Virus record (IMG/VR): IMGVR_UViG_3300032247_000140
Coordinates: 1-37,549 of that record
Source: a virus
Lineage: Duplodnaviria > Caudoviricetes
Direction: 5' to 3' (one strand)
Length of the DNA stretch: 37,549 nucleotides
The notes under the pieces were generated by a model that ran no database searches, was not told the DNA's origin, and saw only the letters and a list, made by a program, of their open reading frames with translations. Every line of letters starts with the position of its first letter. Within the stretch, counting starts at the first letter, position 1. The translations under genes were made by a program, and so were the position numbers. Shown piece by piece: positions 1 through 9,200 of the stretch.

Positions 1-1
1 G

Positions 2-343
2 TCTGATTTTGATATTGGTGATGGTCATAATTTTGGCTTTATATGGCGTCTCATACCAGACATTACCTTTGACGGTTCAACCTCAGCAGCGCCTTCCGCT
101 AACTTTACGGTAAGGCCACGTAATTTCCCCGGTTCTAATTACGGCTCATCAGACGACCCCGCAGTAGCAAGTGCTCAGTCTTATGTATCTACAACCACCT
201 ATAACGTCCAGCAATTTACCCAACAGGTTTATGTGCGGATTAGGGGTAGGCAGATGGCTTTCAAGATTTCCTCAACCGACCTTGGCACGCAGTGGCAGTT
301 AGGCGCACCTCGTATTGATGTCAGACCGGATGGACGCAGATGA
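2..343 (+). CDS. 5'-truncated tail tubular/head-tail stabilisation protein (C-terminal part)
   Basis: Frame 2 is open from the window start: SDFDIGDGHNFGFIWRLIPD...VYVRIRGRQMAFKISSTDLGTQWQLGAPRIDVRPDGRR*. The stop overlaps the next start (ATGA 340-343). The C-terminus resembles podovirus tail tubular B/stabilisation proteins. Confidence 0.65.
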   Translation, partial: SDFDIGDGHNFGFIWRLIPDITFDGSTSAAPSANFTVRPRNFPGSNYGSSDDPAVASAQSYVSTTTYNVQQFTQQVYVRIRGRQMAFKISSTDLGTQWQLGAPRIDVRPDGRR

Positions 344-1002
344 CGGTCTCACAAATCACAACCCAATTACGTCCAACGCAGCAACCTCGCCTGCCTGCGG
401 CTCCGGTTGAGTACGACCGCACATATATAGATTCATTAACAAGTATCTTGCGTCAGTATTTCAACCAACTGGATAACTACACCCAGTCGTCACTAACCAA
501 TACTGGTGGTCGGTTTTCTAGGAATGTATGCGGGTCTTTTCAAGATAGCACTACGCAGACAGCCACGGCTAATACGGCTACGGCAATGATATTTAACACA
601 ACAGATACAACCGCTACAAACAGCATATCTATTGTTTCTAATTCTCAAATTAAAGTTGTTTACCCCGGAATTTATAACCTTCAATTTAGCGCACAGTTTC
701 AAAATACAGACAACGCATCCCATGATGTAAGCATATGGCTACGTCAAAATGGAGTAGATGTGGTAGGTTCTAACGGCATTGTTGGGATGAGTCCGCGTTA
801 TAGCGCAGGCAACTATTTTCATACTATTGCAGGCTGGAACTATTTAGTAAGCATGGCGGCTAGTGATTACCTTCAGTTGTACTGGTCTACAAATAACGCG
901 GCGGTAACTCTTCAAGCCTATGCAGCGGGAGTAACCCCAACGCGCCCAACCACTGCTTCTGTTATAGCCACAATGACGTTTGTGTCTGGACCCCTTACAT
1001 GA
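340..1002 (+). CDS. Tail-associated virion protein with C1q/TNF-like beta-sandwich C-terminus
   Basis: N-terminal LPAAPVEYD plus a helix, then the beta-strand pattern IKVVYPGIYNLQFSAQF...VSMAASDYLQLYW. Coupled to the upstream tail gene. Confidence 0.55.
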   Translation: MTVSQITTQLRPTQQPRLPAAPVEYDRTYIDSLTSILRQYFNQLDNYTQSSLTNTGGRFSRNVCGSFQDSTTQTATANTATAMIFNTTDTTATNSISIVSNSQIKVVYPGIYNLQFSAQFQNTDNASHDVSIWLRQNGVDVVGSNGIVGMSPRYSAGNYFHTIAGWNYLVSMAASDYLQLYWSTNNAAVTLQAYAAGVTPTRPTTASVIATMTFVSGPLT

Positions 1003-1008
1003 TACGAT
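980..1008 (+). promoter_or_regulatory. Possible sigma70 promoter (extended -10) for the cupin/ejection-protein module
   Basis: TTGTGT(980-985)-17 bp-TACGAT(1003-1008) with TG at the extended -10 position. Confidence 0.35.
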
Positions 1009-1029
1009 TGACTTATCTAAAGGACTAGC

Positions 1030-1383
1030 ATGGATATCCCAAACACTAGTGGAAACCCTAACTATGTAAGGCAAAAACCTGATTATGTCGAGTTTGCTGA
1101 AGTAGATGACATTTGGATTCGGGCGTATTCCATACCAAAAGCTAAATCAATTTTGGCCCAACATGTTCATGCGCATGATCATGTGACTTTGGTTTCACGT
1201 GGAACAGTCCAAGCGTGGCAAGACGAAGAAGACATGGGTGAGTTTTCTGCGCCAGCAATCATCACGATACCTGCTGGTAAAAAACATATGTTCATGGCGC
1301 TCACAGATGATGTGAATTTATGCTGCCTGCATAACCTTCGTGGTACGGGACTAGATTTCCCAGAATTGATTAAGGAAGCCTGA
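1030..1383 (+). CDS. Cupin-fold protein
   Basis: Cupin motif 1 QHVHAHDHVTLVSRG and motif 2 IITIPAGKKHMF; SD AAGGA upstream. Confidence 0.8.
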   Translation: MDIPNTSGNPNYVRQKPDYVEFAEVDDIWIRAYSIPKAKSILAQHVHAHDHVTLVSRGTVQAWQDEEDMGEFSAPAIITIPAGKKHMFMALTDDVNLCCLHNLRGTGLDFPELIKEA

Positions 1384-1384
1384 T

Positions 1385-3376
1385 ATGCCAGAAATTTTCT
1401 TTGAAGCGTTTGAACTGGTTGCACCGGAAGCTGCGTCTTCTGTTTTACCTGCTGTTGCCCCCGAGGTTATCGGCACAGCCGCTGGCGCCAATGCGGGAGC
1501 CAATTTCCTTGGCAACATGTCTGCGGTTAACGCAATAGAAAATCCAGCGATAGCCCAAGAGATGACTCAGGCTGGTATTACTGGAGGCGGCGGAGCTGGT
1601 GCAAGCGGTATCAATGAAGAGTTAATTAGGCAACAACAAGCTAAGGCGATGGAGGTTGCTAACTCCGGTATTAATAGAGCAATGACTCCGGCTCAAGAGG
1701 CTTATTTACGTTCTTCTACTGCAAGCGTAGATAAGGTTTTGCCGAATAGTGCTATGCAATATTCCAATCCGTACATAAATCAGCTAAATCCCAATATTAT
1801 GTCGATGGAGACTGCCCCTAGCTCAAACGCACTAAGCAGGGGCATCATGGGAAATCCTTCTGTTAACGTGCCAACGGACTTAGTTGCAAATACAAATATC
1901 CCATCTGTGCCTACAGAAGTGGCAAATGCTAATCTTCCACAGCCGGGTTCTGTACTCGACAACGGCGGCATGACCTCGCCTCCATCTGCATTTGATAGGG
2001 GCTGGATTAAGGCTACGGATTGGATGGACAGCCATAGATTAGAGACCGCTGGTTTAGGTTATTTAGCCGCGTCCAAACTTGGGCTGTTAGATCCAAAGAG
2101 GACAAACTTTAGTAACGAGCCTTACAACGGCCCGCTATCTAGATATCGTATGTCGCCTGACTTTCAGCCGCGTTTTGCTAACCCTACTCAGTTCCAATAT
2201 ACGCCTCGGTATGCAGAGGGCGGCATCATGAGTTACGCCGCAGGCGGTCCAGTTGAGCAAATGTCTAATAACGCGGCTATTGGGGCAAACACTATGTATC
2301 CGATGGCTAACATGACTACGTCTGCATTTGCTACGCCTTACCAAGACCCTAAATCTACTAACATGATGGCATCCATGGCTCCGGCTGGTGGCGGCACAGT
2401 AGATCAAATGTCTGGCGAACCCAACATGCAGGGCACTCGTATGGCTGAAGGTGGCATAGCGCACTACGATTTTGGTGGAGTCATCGGTAATGCCGTCCAG
2501 AATGTTGGTAACGGAATCGGTTCTGCGCTAGGTGGCGTTAGTAATACCGTAGCTGATATTGGCTCTAATATGGGTCATATGTTCAAAGGCGGGGATCAGG
2601 CTGGTTGGGCTAATGTAGAAAAAATGCTAGGTGGCCCACCTACTGCTGATCAGGTGGCTAGAAAATATAGCAATTCAACCTTGTCTCAAAACGGTGTTAA
2701 TCCACAACAATATCAGTATGCGCCCCAATATGCTCAAGGTGGCGTCGCTCATTTCGCTAAAGGTAATCTTGCGGATTCGCTAAATTATTACAACAGCATG
2801 ATCGGCGGTACTGCAGACGAGCAAATGGCTAAGATGCGTACCCCTACTGGTGGACAAGGCGATGCAGGTATTTTTAGAGATACTGATCCAGACACAGCTT
2901 ACTTAAGCGCGCCAGAAGCCGCAGCAGTGCGCATGGCCAAGGTAAATGCTAAAGCTAACATGCAAGGGTTAACCCTACCTAGACCTAAACCCATCGGCAG
3001 AATAAATCTTAAGCCACAGGGAGTTAAACAGGCGGAAGCTAGTGGTTCCTCACTTGATCCTGAGATGGCTGCTTCTGGCGGAATCATGGGTGCTAACCTA
3101 GGCGGCTACGCTGCTGGTGGAAACCCTAGGTTGCTCAAAGGACCGGGGGACGGCATGAGCGACGACATCCCTGCAACTATTGCTAATAGGCAACCTGCTC
3201 GTCTAGCTGATGGCGAGTTCGTAGTTCCAGCCGATGTGGTATCACATTTAGGTAATGGCTCAACCGAAGCAGGCGCTAAGAAACTACATCACATGATGGA
3301 CTCAGTGCGCAAGGCGCGCACTGGCAATTCAAAGCAGGGTAAACAAATCAACCCAAACAAGTTCTTGCCTAAGTAA
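1385..3376 (+). CDS. Internal virion/DNA ejection protein
   Basis: A/G/N/M-rich 663 aa with repeated AxGG motifs. C-terminal GPGDGMSDDIPA...ARLADGEFVVPADVV resembles the GPGTGTSDSIPA..LSNGEFV motif of tape-measure/ejection proteins. Confidence 0.65.
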   Translation: MPEIFFEAFELVAPEAASSVLPAVAPEVIGTAAGANAGANFLGNMSAVNAIENPAIAQEMTQAGITGGGGAGASGINEELIRQQQAKAMEVANSGINRAMTPAQEAYLRSSTASVDKVLPNSAMQYSNPYINQLNPNIMSMETAPSSNALSRGIMGNPSVNVPTDLVANTNIPSVPTEVANANLPQPGSVLDNGGMTSPPSAFDRGWIKATDWMDSHRLETAGLGYLAASKLGLLDPKRTNFSNEPYNGPLSRYRMSPDFQPRFANPTQFQYTPRYAEGGIMSYAAGGPVEQMSNNAAIGANTMYPMANMTTSAFATPYQDPKSTNMMASMAPAGGGTVDQMSGEPNMQGTRMAEGGIAHYDFGGVIGNAVQNVGNGIGSALGGVSNTVADIGSNMGHMFKGGDQAGWANVEKMLGGPPTADQVARKYSNSTLSQNGVNPQQYQYAPQYAQGGVAHFAKGNLADSLNYYNSMIGGTADEQMAKMRTPTGGQGDAGIFRDTDPDTAYLSAPEAAAVRMAKVNAKANMQGLTLPRPKPIGRINLKPQGVKQAEASGSSLDPEMAASGGIMGANLGGYAAGGNPRLLKGPGDGMSDDIPATIANRQPARLADGEFVVPADVVSHLGNGSTEAGAKKLHHMMDSVRKARTGNSKQGKQINPNKFLPK

Positions 3377-3783
3377 TGCCTTTACACTACGTTCCACCTG
3401 TTCAATTACCTACGGTGTGGCCTGTCGCCGCGCCTTTATTGCAGAAAGCTATTGACTTAGATCCGTCTGTAGTAACAATCGAACAAGTTGAGTATGCAGT
3501 TCGTACGGGGCGTACCTTCCTATTAGTCTGGGAAGATCCGGACGAAGGCATCACTGGGGCAGTAACTCTTGAATTTATAGACTACCCGCGCGAGCGAGTG
3601 GCACACGTTGACTTAATGGGTGGTAAAGGCGTTGTCCGTAACCACGTGTTTGAAGAAGCTAAACAATGGATGCGCTCTATGGGTGCAACAAAAGCCCAAT
3701 GTTGGGCAAAGGGAACTCTGGTTCAAATGTACGAGAAGATGGGTATGGAAAATACTCATCAAGTCATGCGGATCAATCTGTAA
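3376..3783 (+). CDS. GNAT-fold acyltransferase-like virion assembly protein
   Basis: 135 aa with the pattern LLVW..GITGAVTLEF..AHVDLMGGKG..EAKQWMRSMGATK...LVQMYEKMG; sits among ejection genes, as T7 gp13/P22 gp14-like genes do. Confidence 0.6.
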   Translation: MPLHYVPPVQLPTVWPVAAPLLQKAIDLDPSVVTIEQVEYAVRTGRTFLLVWEDPDEGITGAVTLEFIDYPRERVAHVDLMGGKGVVRNHVFEEAKQWMRSMGATKAQCWAKGTLVQMYEKMGMENTHQVMRINL

Positions 3784-3797
3784 ATTAGGAGACTCAT

Positions 3798-6263
3798 ATG
3801 GGCGGTGGCGGCGGTGGACAACCCACACAAACAACAAGTACTTCGTATCAAACGAACATACCCGAATACGCACGTCCGTACGTAGAAACAATGCTTGGCG
3901 CGACTCAGCGTCAGTTGTTTCAAGGAACTCCCACAGGCGATGGCGGCTTCAATATAACTGGTTTCCAACCATACAAAGCGTACGGCGGAACGTACGACGA
4001 GCAAGGCAACCAGACTTCTTATGACCCCGGCAAATCAGTAGCTGGGTTCAGTCCTCTACAACAGCAGGCACAACAAGGCGTTGCTGGACTACAAGTGCCC
4101 GGTCAGTTTGATCAAGCTATGCAAGGTACTACCGCTGCAGGTCTTGGCGGCTTTGGGGTGGCTAATCAAGCTAACGTAGGCGGTTTCCAAAATCAAATCG
4201 GTGGGTACATGAACCCATACATGAACCAGATTTTGGCTCCTCAATTAGCGGAGGCTAACCGCAATTACGATATTAGCGGCATGAATCAACAAGCTAAAGC
4301 AACTCAAGCAGGGGCTTTTGGTGGTTCGCGTGAAGCAATCATGGCTGCGGAAAACGAACGCAACCGCAACATGGGGCTTAACCAAATAATTGGTCAAGGG
4401 TACAACCAAGCCTACAACCAAGCACAGCAACAATACAACCAGAACATACAGAACCAACTTGCTGGCTATGGATTGGCTGGACAACAAGCAGGTCAGTTGG
4501 CTGGTATTGCTGGACAAGGGTTGACTGCTCAACAAGGCATCTATGGTCTTCAGAACCAGATGGGCGCACAGCAGCAAGCGCTGGAGCAACAGAAAGTCAA
4601 CCAAGCGATGCAAGACTATGCTAATGCACAGCAGTATCCGCTTATGCAGTTGGGCACTATGTCCAATATGCTGCGTGGCTTGCCAATGCAGGCTCAGACT
4701 ACTAACCAGTACGTTGCGGCTCCTAATCCAATCACTCAGGGTATTGGTGCTGCAGGCGCAGCTGCGTCTTTATATAACGCTACTAAAAATGCTGAAGGCG
4801 GCATGATCAAGTCCATGGCGTCAGGCGGTATTGCATCTGTGCCCCGCTACGATGTGGGCGGCAGAATCCGTGCGCAACTAGAAAACATGGACGCTAAAGA
4901 ACTGCGGCAAGTAGCTGAGACTTCTGAAAGTCCTGAGATGCAGAAGATGGCTAGAGAAATCTTATCTAGAAGCGTACCCGTACAAGCCGCGTCTGGCGGC
5001 ATCATGCATTTTGTTAAAGGTGATGAAGTTGAATCTGATGTAGAACCTCTGCCAAAAGAAGGCGTCATGATGGCGGAAGCAAAAATTCCAGAACCTAAGA
5101 TGGGTGGACAAGCAGATATTCGCGGTATCAATGCTGCGCCTGTGCTTAACAATGTTGGACAAACTAATGCACAAAAAGCTTTTCCGTTGACGTCTGAAGG
5201 CATCATGAGCAACCCTGCTTTTGGCGCTAGTCCAGCTGCGATGGGTTTAGCTAACAAAGCTATTTTGGAAGCTGATAAAACTGAAGAACAACGTAAAGAA
5301 GACTTGAGAGCCAAGTACGGCCCCAACCTTGCCCTGCAAAACTACAGAGCAGAGGAGATGGAGCGCAAAGCAAACTTAGGCGATGAGTTAGCGCGCCAAA
5401 AGAATATGCGTCTTGCTGAATTTTTTGCTACTTGGGGATCAACCCCCGGCCCAACTCTTGTGGCTGGTATGACTGCATTGAAGGCTAAGATTCCTTCATT
5501 CATTGAAGATGAAAAAGAAGCCAGAAAACTAAAACGCGAAGCAGACAAGATCATCTTTGAACTTGATCAAGCTGCGCGCAACGAAGAAATTGGGCTTACA
5601 GATAAAGCCGCTGCGCAAAAGAACGAAGCAACTAAAAATGCTATGGAATTCCAAAAGGTGGTTGAGGCAGCGAAAGAGAAACAACTTGCTGCGGCATCGC
5701 ATGTTAAGAGTTCAGAGCTTACATCTGAGGCCACTAAATTTTCTGCTACTGAACATCGTAGAGCCAGTGAATTAATTGCTGCATCTAATAGAGAAGCTAC
5801 TGCGCAACGCGCAACTGAGGCCAATTCAACTAAGGCTTACCAACAATCTTTAGCTGCACAGGAAGCAGTACGCCGTACAGTAGAAGGCATTGAGAGAGAA
5901 AAGTCTGCACCTAATAGTCAGTATGCGGCGGATATGAAAACCATATCTATGTACGAAGGAGCTGATTTAGATGCGGCGGCTAAGAAACGTCTTGAAGCAG
6001 CCCAAGCACGTGTTGAGGCAAAAAATGAAGAATTCCAAAAACGTATTAATAGCGCTGAGAAAGTAGCAGAGACAAGTACAAACCGCTATCTCGAAATAAA
6101 AGGCGAAGCTCCACCTACTAGTGGCGGCACAAACTCTACTACCACAGAAGAAAGACCATCTTGGGTTCCTAAAGAAGCTAAAAAAGCACAGAATGGTGAT
6201 TGGTATATACCTAATCCAGATAAACCGGGCAAATATCTAAGAGTCAAACCACCTAGTCAATAA
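3798..6263 (+). CDS. DNA ejection/pilot protein
   Basis: SD AGGAG; starts MGGGGGG; Q/G/A-rich N-half with an AGAFGGSR motif, coiled-coil E/K/A-rich C-half, terminal WYIPNPDKPGKY motif. Confidence 0.7.
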   Translation: MGGGGGGQPTQTTSTSYQTNIPEYARPYVETMLGATQRQLFQGTPTGDGGFNITGFQPYKAYGGTYDEQGNQTSYDPGKSVAGFSPLQQQAQQGVAGLQVPGQFDQAMQGTTAAGLGGFGVANQANVGGFQNQIGGYMNPYMNQILAPQLAEANRNYDISGMNQQAKATQAGAFGGSREAIMAAENERNRNMGLNQIIGQGYNQAYNQAQQQYNQNIQNQLAGYGLAGQQAGQLAGIAGQGLTAQQGIYGLQNQMGAQQQALEQQKVNQAMQDYANAQQYPLMQLGTMSNMLRGLPMQAQTTNQYVAAPNPITQGIGAAGAAASLYNATKNAEGGMIKSMASGGIASVPRYDVGGRIRAQLENMDAKELRQVAETSESPEMQKMAREILSRSVPVQAASGGIMHFVKGDEVESDVEPLPKEGVMMAEAKIPEPKMGGQADIRGINAAPVLNNVGQTNAQKAFPLTSEGIMSNPAFGASPAAMGLANKAILEADKTEEQRKEDLRAKYGPNLALQNYRAEEMERKANLGDELARQKNMRLAEFFATWGSTPGPTLVAGMTALKAKIPSFIEDEKEARKLKREADKIIFELDQAARNEEIGLTDKAAAQKNEATKNAMEFQKVVEAAKEKQLAAASHVKSSELTSEATKFSATEHRRASELIAASNREATAQRATEANSTKAYQQSLAAQEAVRRTVEGIEREKSAPNSQYAADMKTISMYEGADLDAAAKKRLEAAQARVEAKNEEFQKRINSAEKVAETSTNRYLEIKGEAPPTSGGTNSTTTEERPSWVPKEAKKAQNGDWYIPNPDKPGKYLRVKPPSQ

Positions 6264-6265
6264 AT

Positions 6266-9200
6266 ATGGCAAAAGAAAAATACATAACGGAAGAGGTCGA
6301 TTACGACCCTTTCGCTAAGAAAGAACCTCAGTATCAAACTGAGGAGGTTGACTTTGACCCCTTTGCCATAAAACAAGAAGAAAAGAAAAAAGCGGCGAAG
6401 GTAGAACCCTATGTACCGCTAAAAACAGAAGAGCGACCACAGGATCAAAGTGTTCTTCGCCAAGTTGCAGACGTTCCTTTAAAGCTAGGGGCTGGACTTG
6501 TCACAGGCGTTCGCATGGTTGCCGATGCTATGGGCGCGGATAGCGGCATATCTAAATCTTTACGTGGTGTAGAAGACTATATAGCTGATCTATATAGCGC
6601 ACAGTCTAAACAAGATAGCAAAGAGATTGCGCGCATCATGAAAGATGCGGAAGATAAAGGTGTAGGCGAACAAGTTTTAGCTGGTGTTAAAGCGTTTTCT
6701 GTAGCGCCTGTTGATATATTAGTAAATGCTCTTGGTACTAGTGCGCCTGCTATTGCTGGTGCTTTGCTTACTACTTTGGCTGCCGCGCCTGCTGCTGTTG
6801 CTACTGCCGCTGGTCTTGGTATCGGCGCGATTATGGGCGCTGGAACTATTAAAGGTTCTGTTTATGATGCCACTAAACAAGTTTTGTCTGAGAAAACAAA
6901 ACTATCTCCACAAGAAATTGAAGCTCGCGCAGTTAAAGCACAAGAGTACGGTGGTGAAAACTTAGATAGTATTTTGATTGGCGCTGGGTTAGGCGCGTTT
7001 GGTGCATCAAGTGGTATTGAGCCTGTAATTGCGCGGCAGTTAGCTAAGAGTATTACTGCTAGAGCCGTAGCTACCGATGCTGAGAAGGCCGCAGCACAAG
7101 CTGCTACAGCCGCCGCAGTTAAAGCATCTACCCGTGAGGCTACAGAAAAAGCCGCTGAACGCGGCGTGTATAAAAACGCTGCAATTACAGGTGTAAAAGA
7201 ATTTGCTGGTGAAGGGCTTGAAGGCGGACAAGAACAGATGGCGCAAAACTATGCGCAAAGACGCGAAGGTTTTGATGTACCGGTATATCAAGGTGTAGTT
7301 AGCCAAGCTACTATGGAAGGTCTTGCTGGCTTGGGCATGGGTTCAGTGGGTGGATACAAAGAAGCTTCTTCTGCTCAACGCGAATTAATGCGGGAGAAGG
7401 TTGAAAAAGAAGGCCCAGATAAAACAACCAAGAACGTGATGACCACGACTGGGTTGACTGGCGAGAAGATAACTCCTAACGCTACTGCTGATGATATAAA
7501 TACTTTGGTGCCAGCCACTAACAAAGCTGGACAGTCTTTAACCGATGCTGCGCCCGAGACTGTAAACGCAAAACAACAAGCTGATGATACGGCTACTAAA
7601 GAAGCTGAAAAAGCTAAGATATCTCTTGATGAAGCCACTACAAAAGCTAACGAACTTATTGCAAAGGTTGACGGTGGTGGAAAATCAAAACAAAGCGAAA
7701 TCCGTCAAACTGCCGCAGGTCTCGGAGTCAAAATCCCGTTTGGTACGTCAAACGCGGATGCGCTCGAAATTATCCGTCAACACATCCAAGGAGCGCAGGG
7801 TGCTACAGGATCTCAACAACAGTCAACTGGAGCAGGCGCTAACGTGGTTACACAGCCCAGTGCAAACGCCCCCGCCGGAGGAACTACAGCAGCTCAACCA
7901 AGTGGAGTGGCTGCTACTAACGCAGCTGCTGCACAACCTGCTGGAGGAAAAGCTGCACAGCCCGCTTCACTAACTAAGACTGCCGCACAACAAGACGAAG
8001 ATTTATTAAAAGGTTTGTTTGGCGATGATGGTTTGCCTTCTGTTGGTAGCGCACGTCGTACCAAAGCGCAGATGGAAATGGATGCCAAGTTAGATCAACT
8101 AGGCAGAAAATACGGCTTAAATCGTAGCGCTGACGAAACACCTAAAGATTTTGGCGCGCGCATTAAAGAAGCTATTGACTTTGAGAAGATGCGTGAAGGA
8201 CAGCCACTGTCCGCCTTGTCTGACCAAGACATCGCTAAACAGACTTTGCGTGAAGACGCATCGTACATACCACCCGACCTGCAGATTGAGGCATACGAAA
8301 AGGCGCGCCAAAAACACAATGAGTCTATAGAGCGAGACCCAGAGACAGGCGAGTTGATGGATGAAGAACTCCCTGCCTATAAAGAGCTTTCCCCCGATGA
8401 CCGACGTGTCTATTTCCAAGAAGGACTAAAGCGCCCCGGTGCTGGTACAGAACAAGAGCATGCTGCCGCAGTCAGAAAACTAGCGGACTATCGTAGCGGT
8501 GTAAAAGAAGAAGCCGAACCGTACCAAATGAAAAACAAAGCTGGTGAACTTTTGTTCAATCCAGATGGCACTCCTATGATGGCGCAAACTACTTTGCCCG
8601 GAGAAAGCCAAGCAAGAGATTCATACAATCGTGAACGTGATGCATTTGGGCGCAAGACAGGTTTATCTTATGCTTTCCCAGCTTGGAATACTTTGTCTCA
8701 AGAAAGCAAACGTGCATATATAGCAATCAATAAAACAGACACTGCACTAGAGCAGGACATGGCATTTCGCGCAGTAAAAAGACAACTACAAGCGGAGAAG
8801 GTTGAGACTGCCGCAGGTGAAAAAACCGAAGCAGAACAATCTAGAGTAACAAATCGTATTCGGGACATCATAGAAAAATCTAGGCTTAGAAAAGAAGATC
8901 GCCTACCTGATCACGTATTAGAGTCTTTATTTAAAGGCGACATCAAAGCCGTACTGAAATACATCAGTGAAGAAGGTAACGGTGTAAAACTTAAAAAAGC
9001 AGCTGACTTCTTTATGTCAGGCACTCGTCGCACTAAGAGCGGCACTATTCTGCCTGTCTTTAAAAAGGCAACCATAAAGATACGCGACTCTATTTCTATG
9101 GGCGTGTTTCGTAGTTTGGCTAGTACGCTTGCGGATATTGACGGTTTAAAAGTTAACGTCGTGTTTGACGAGAACATGATCTACGATCAGCTTGCGCGAT

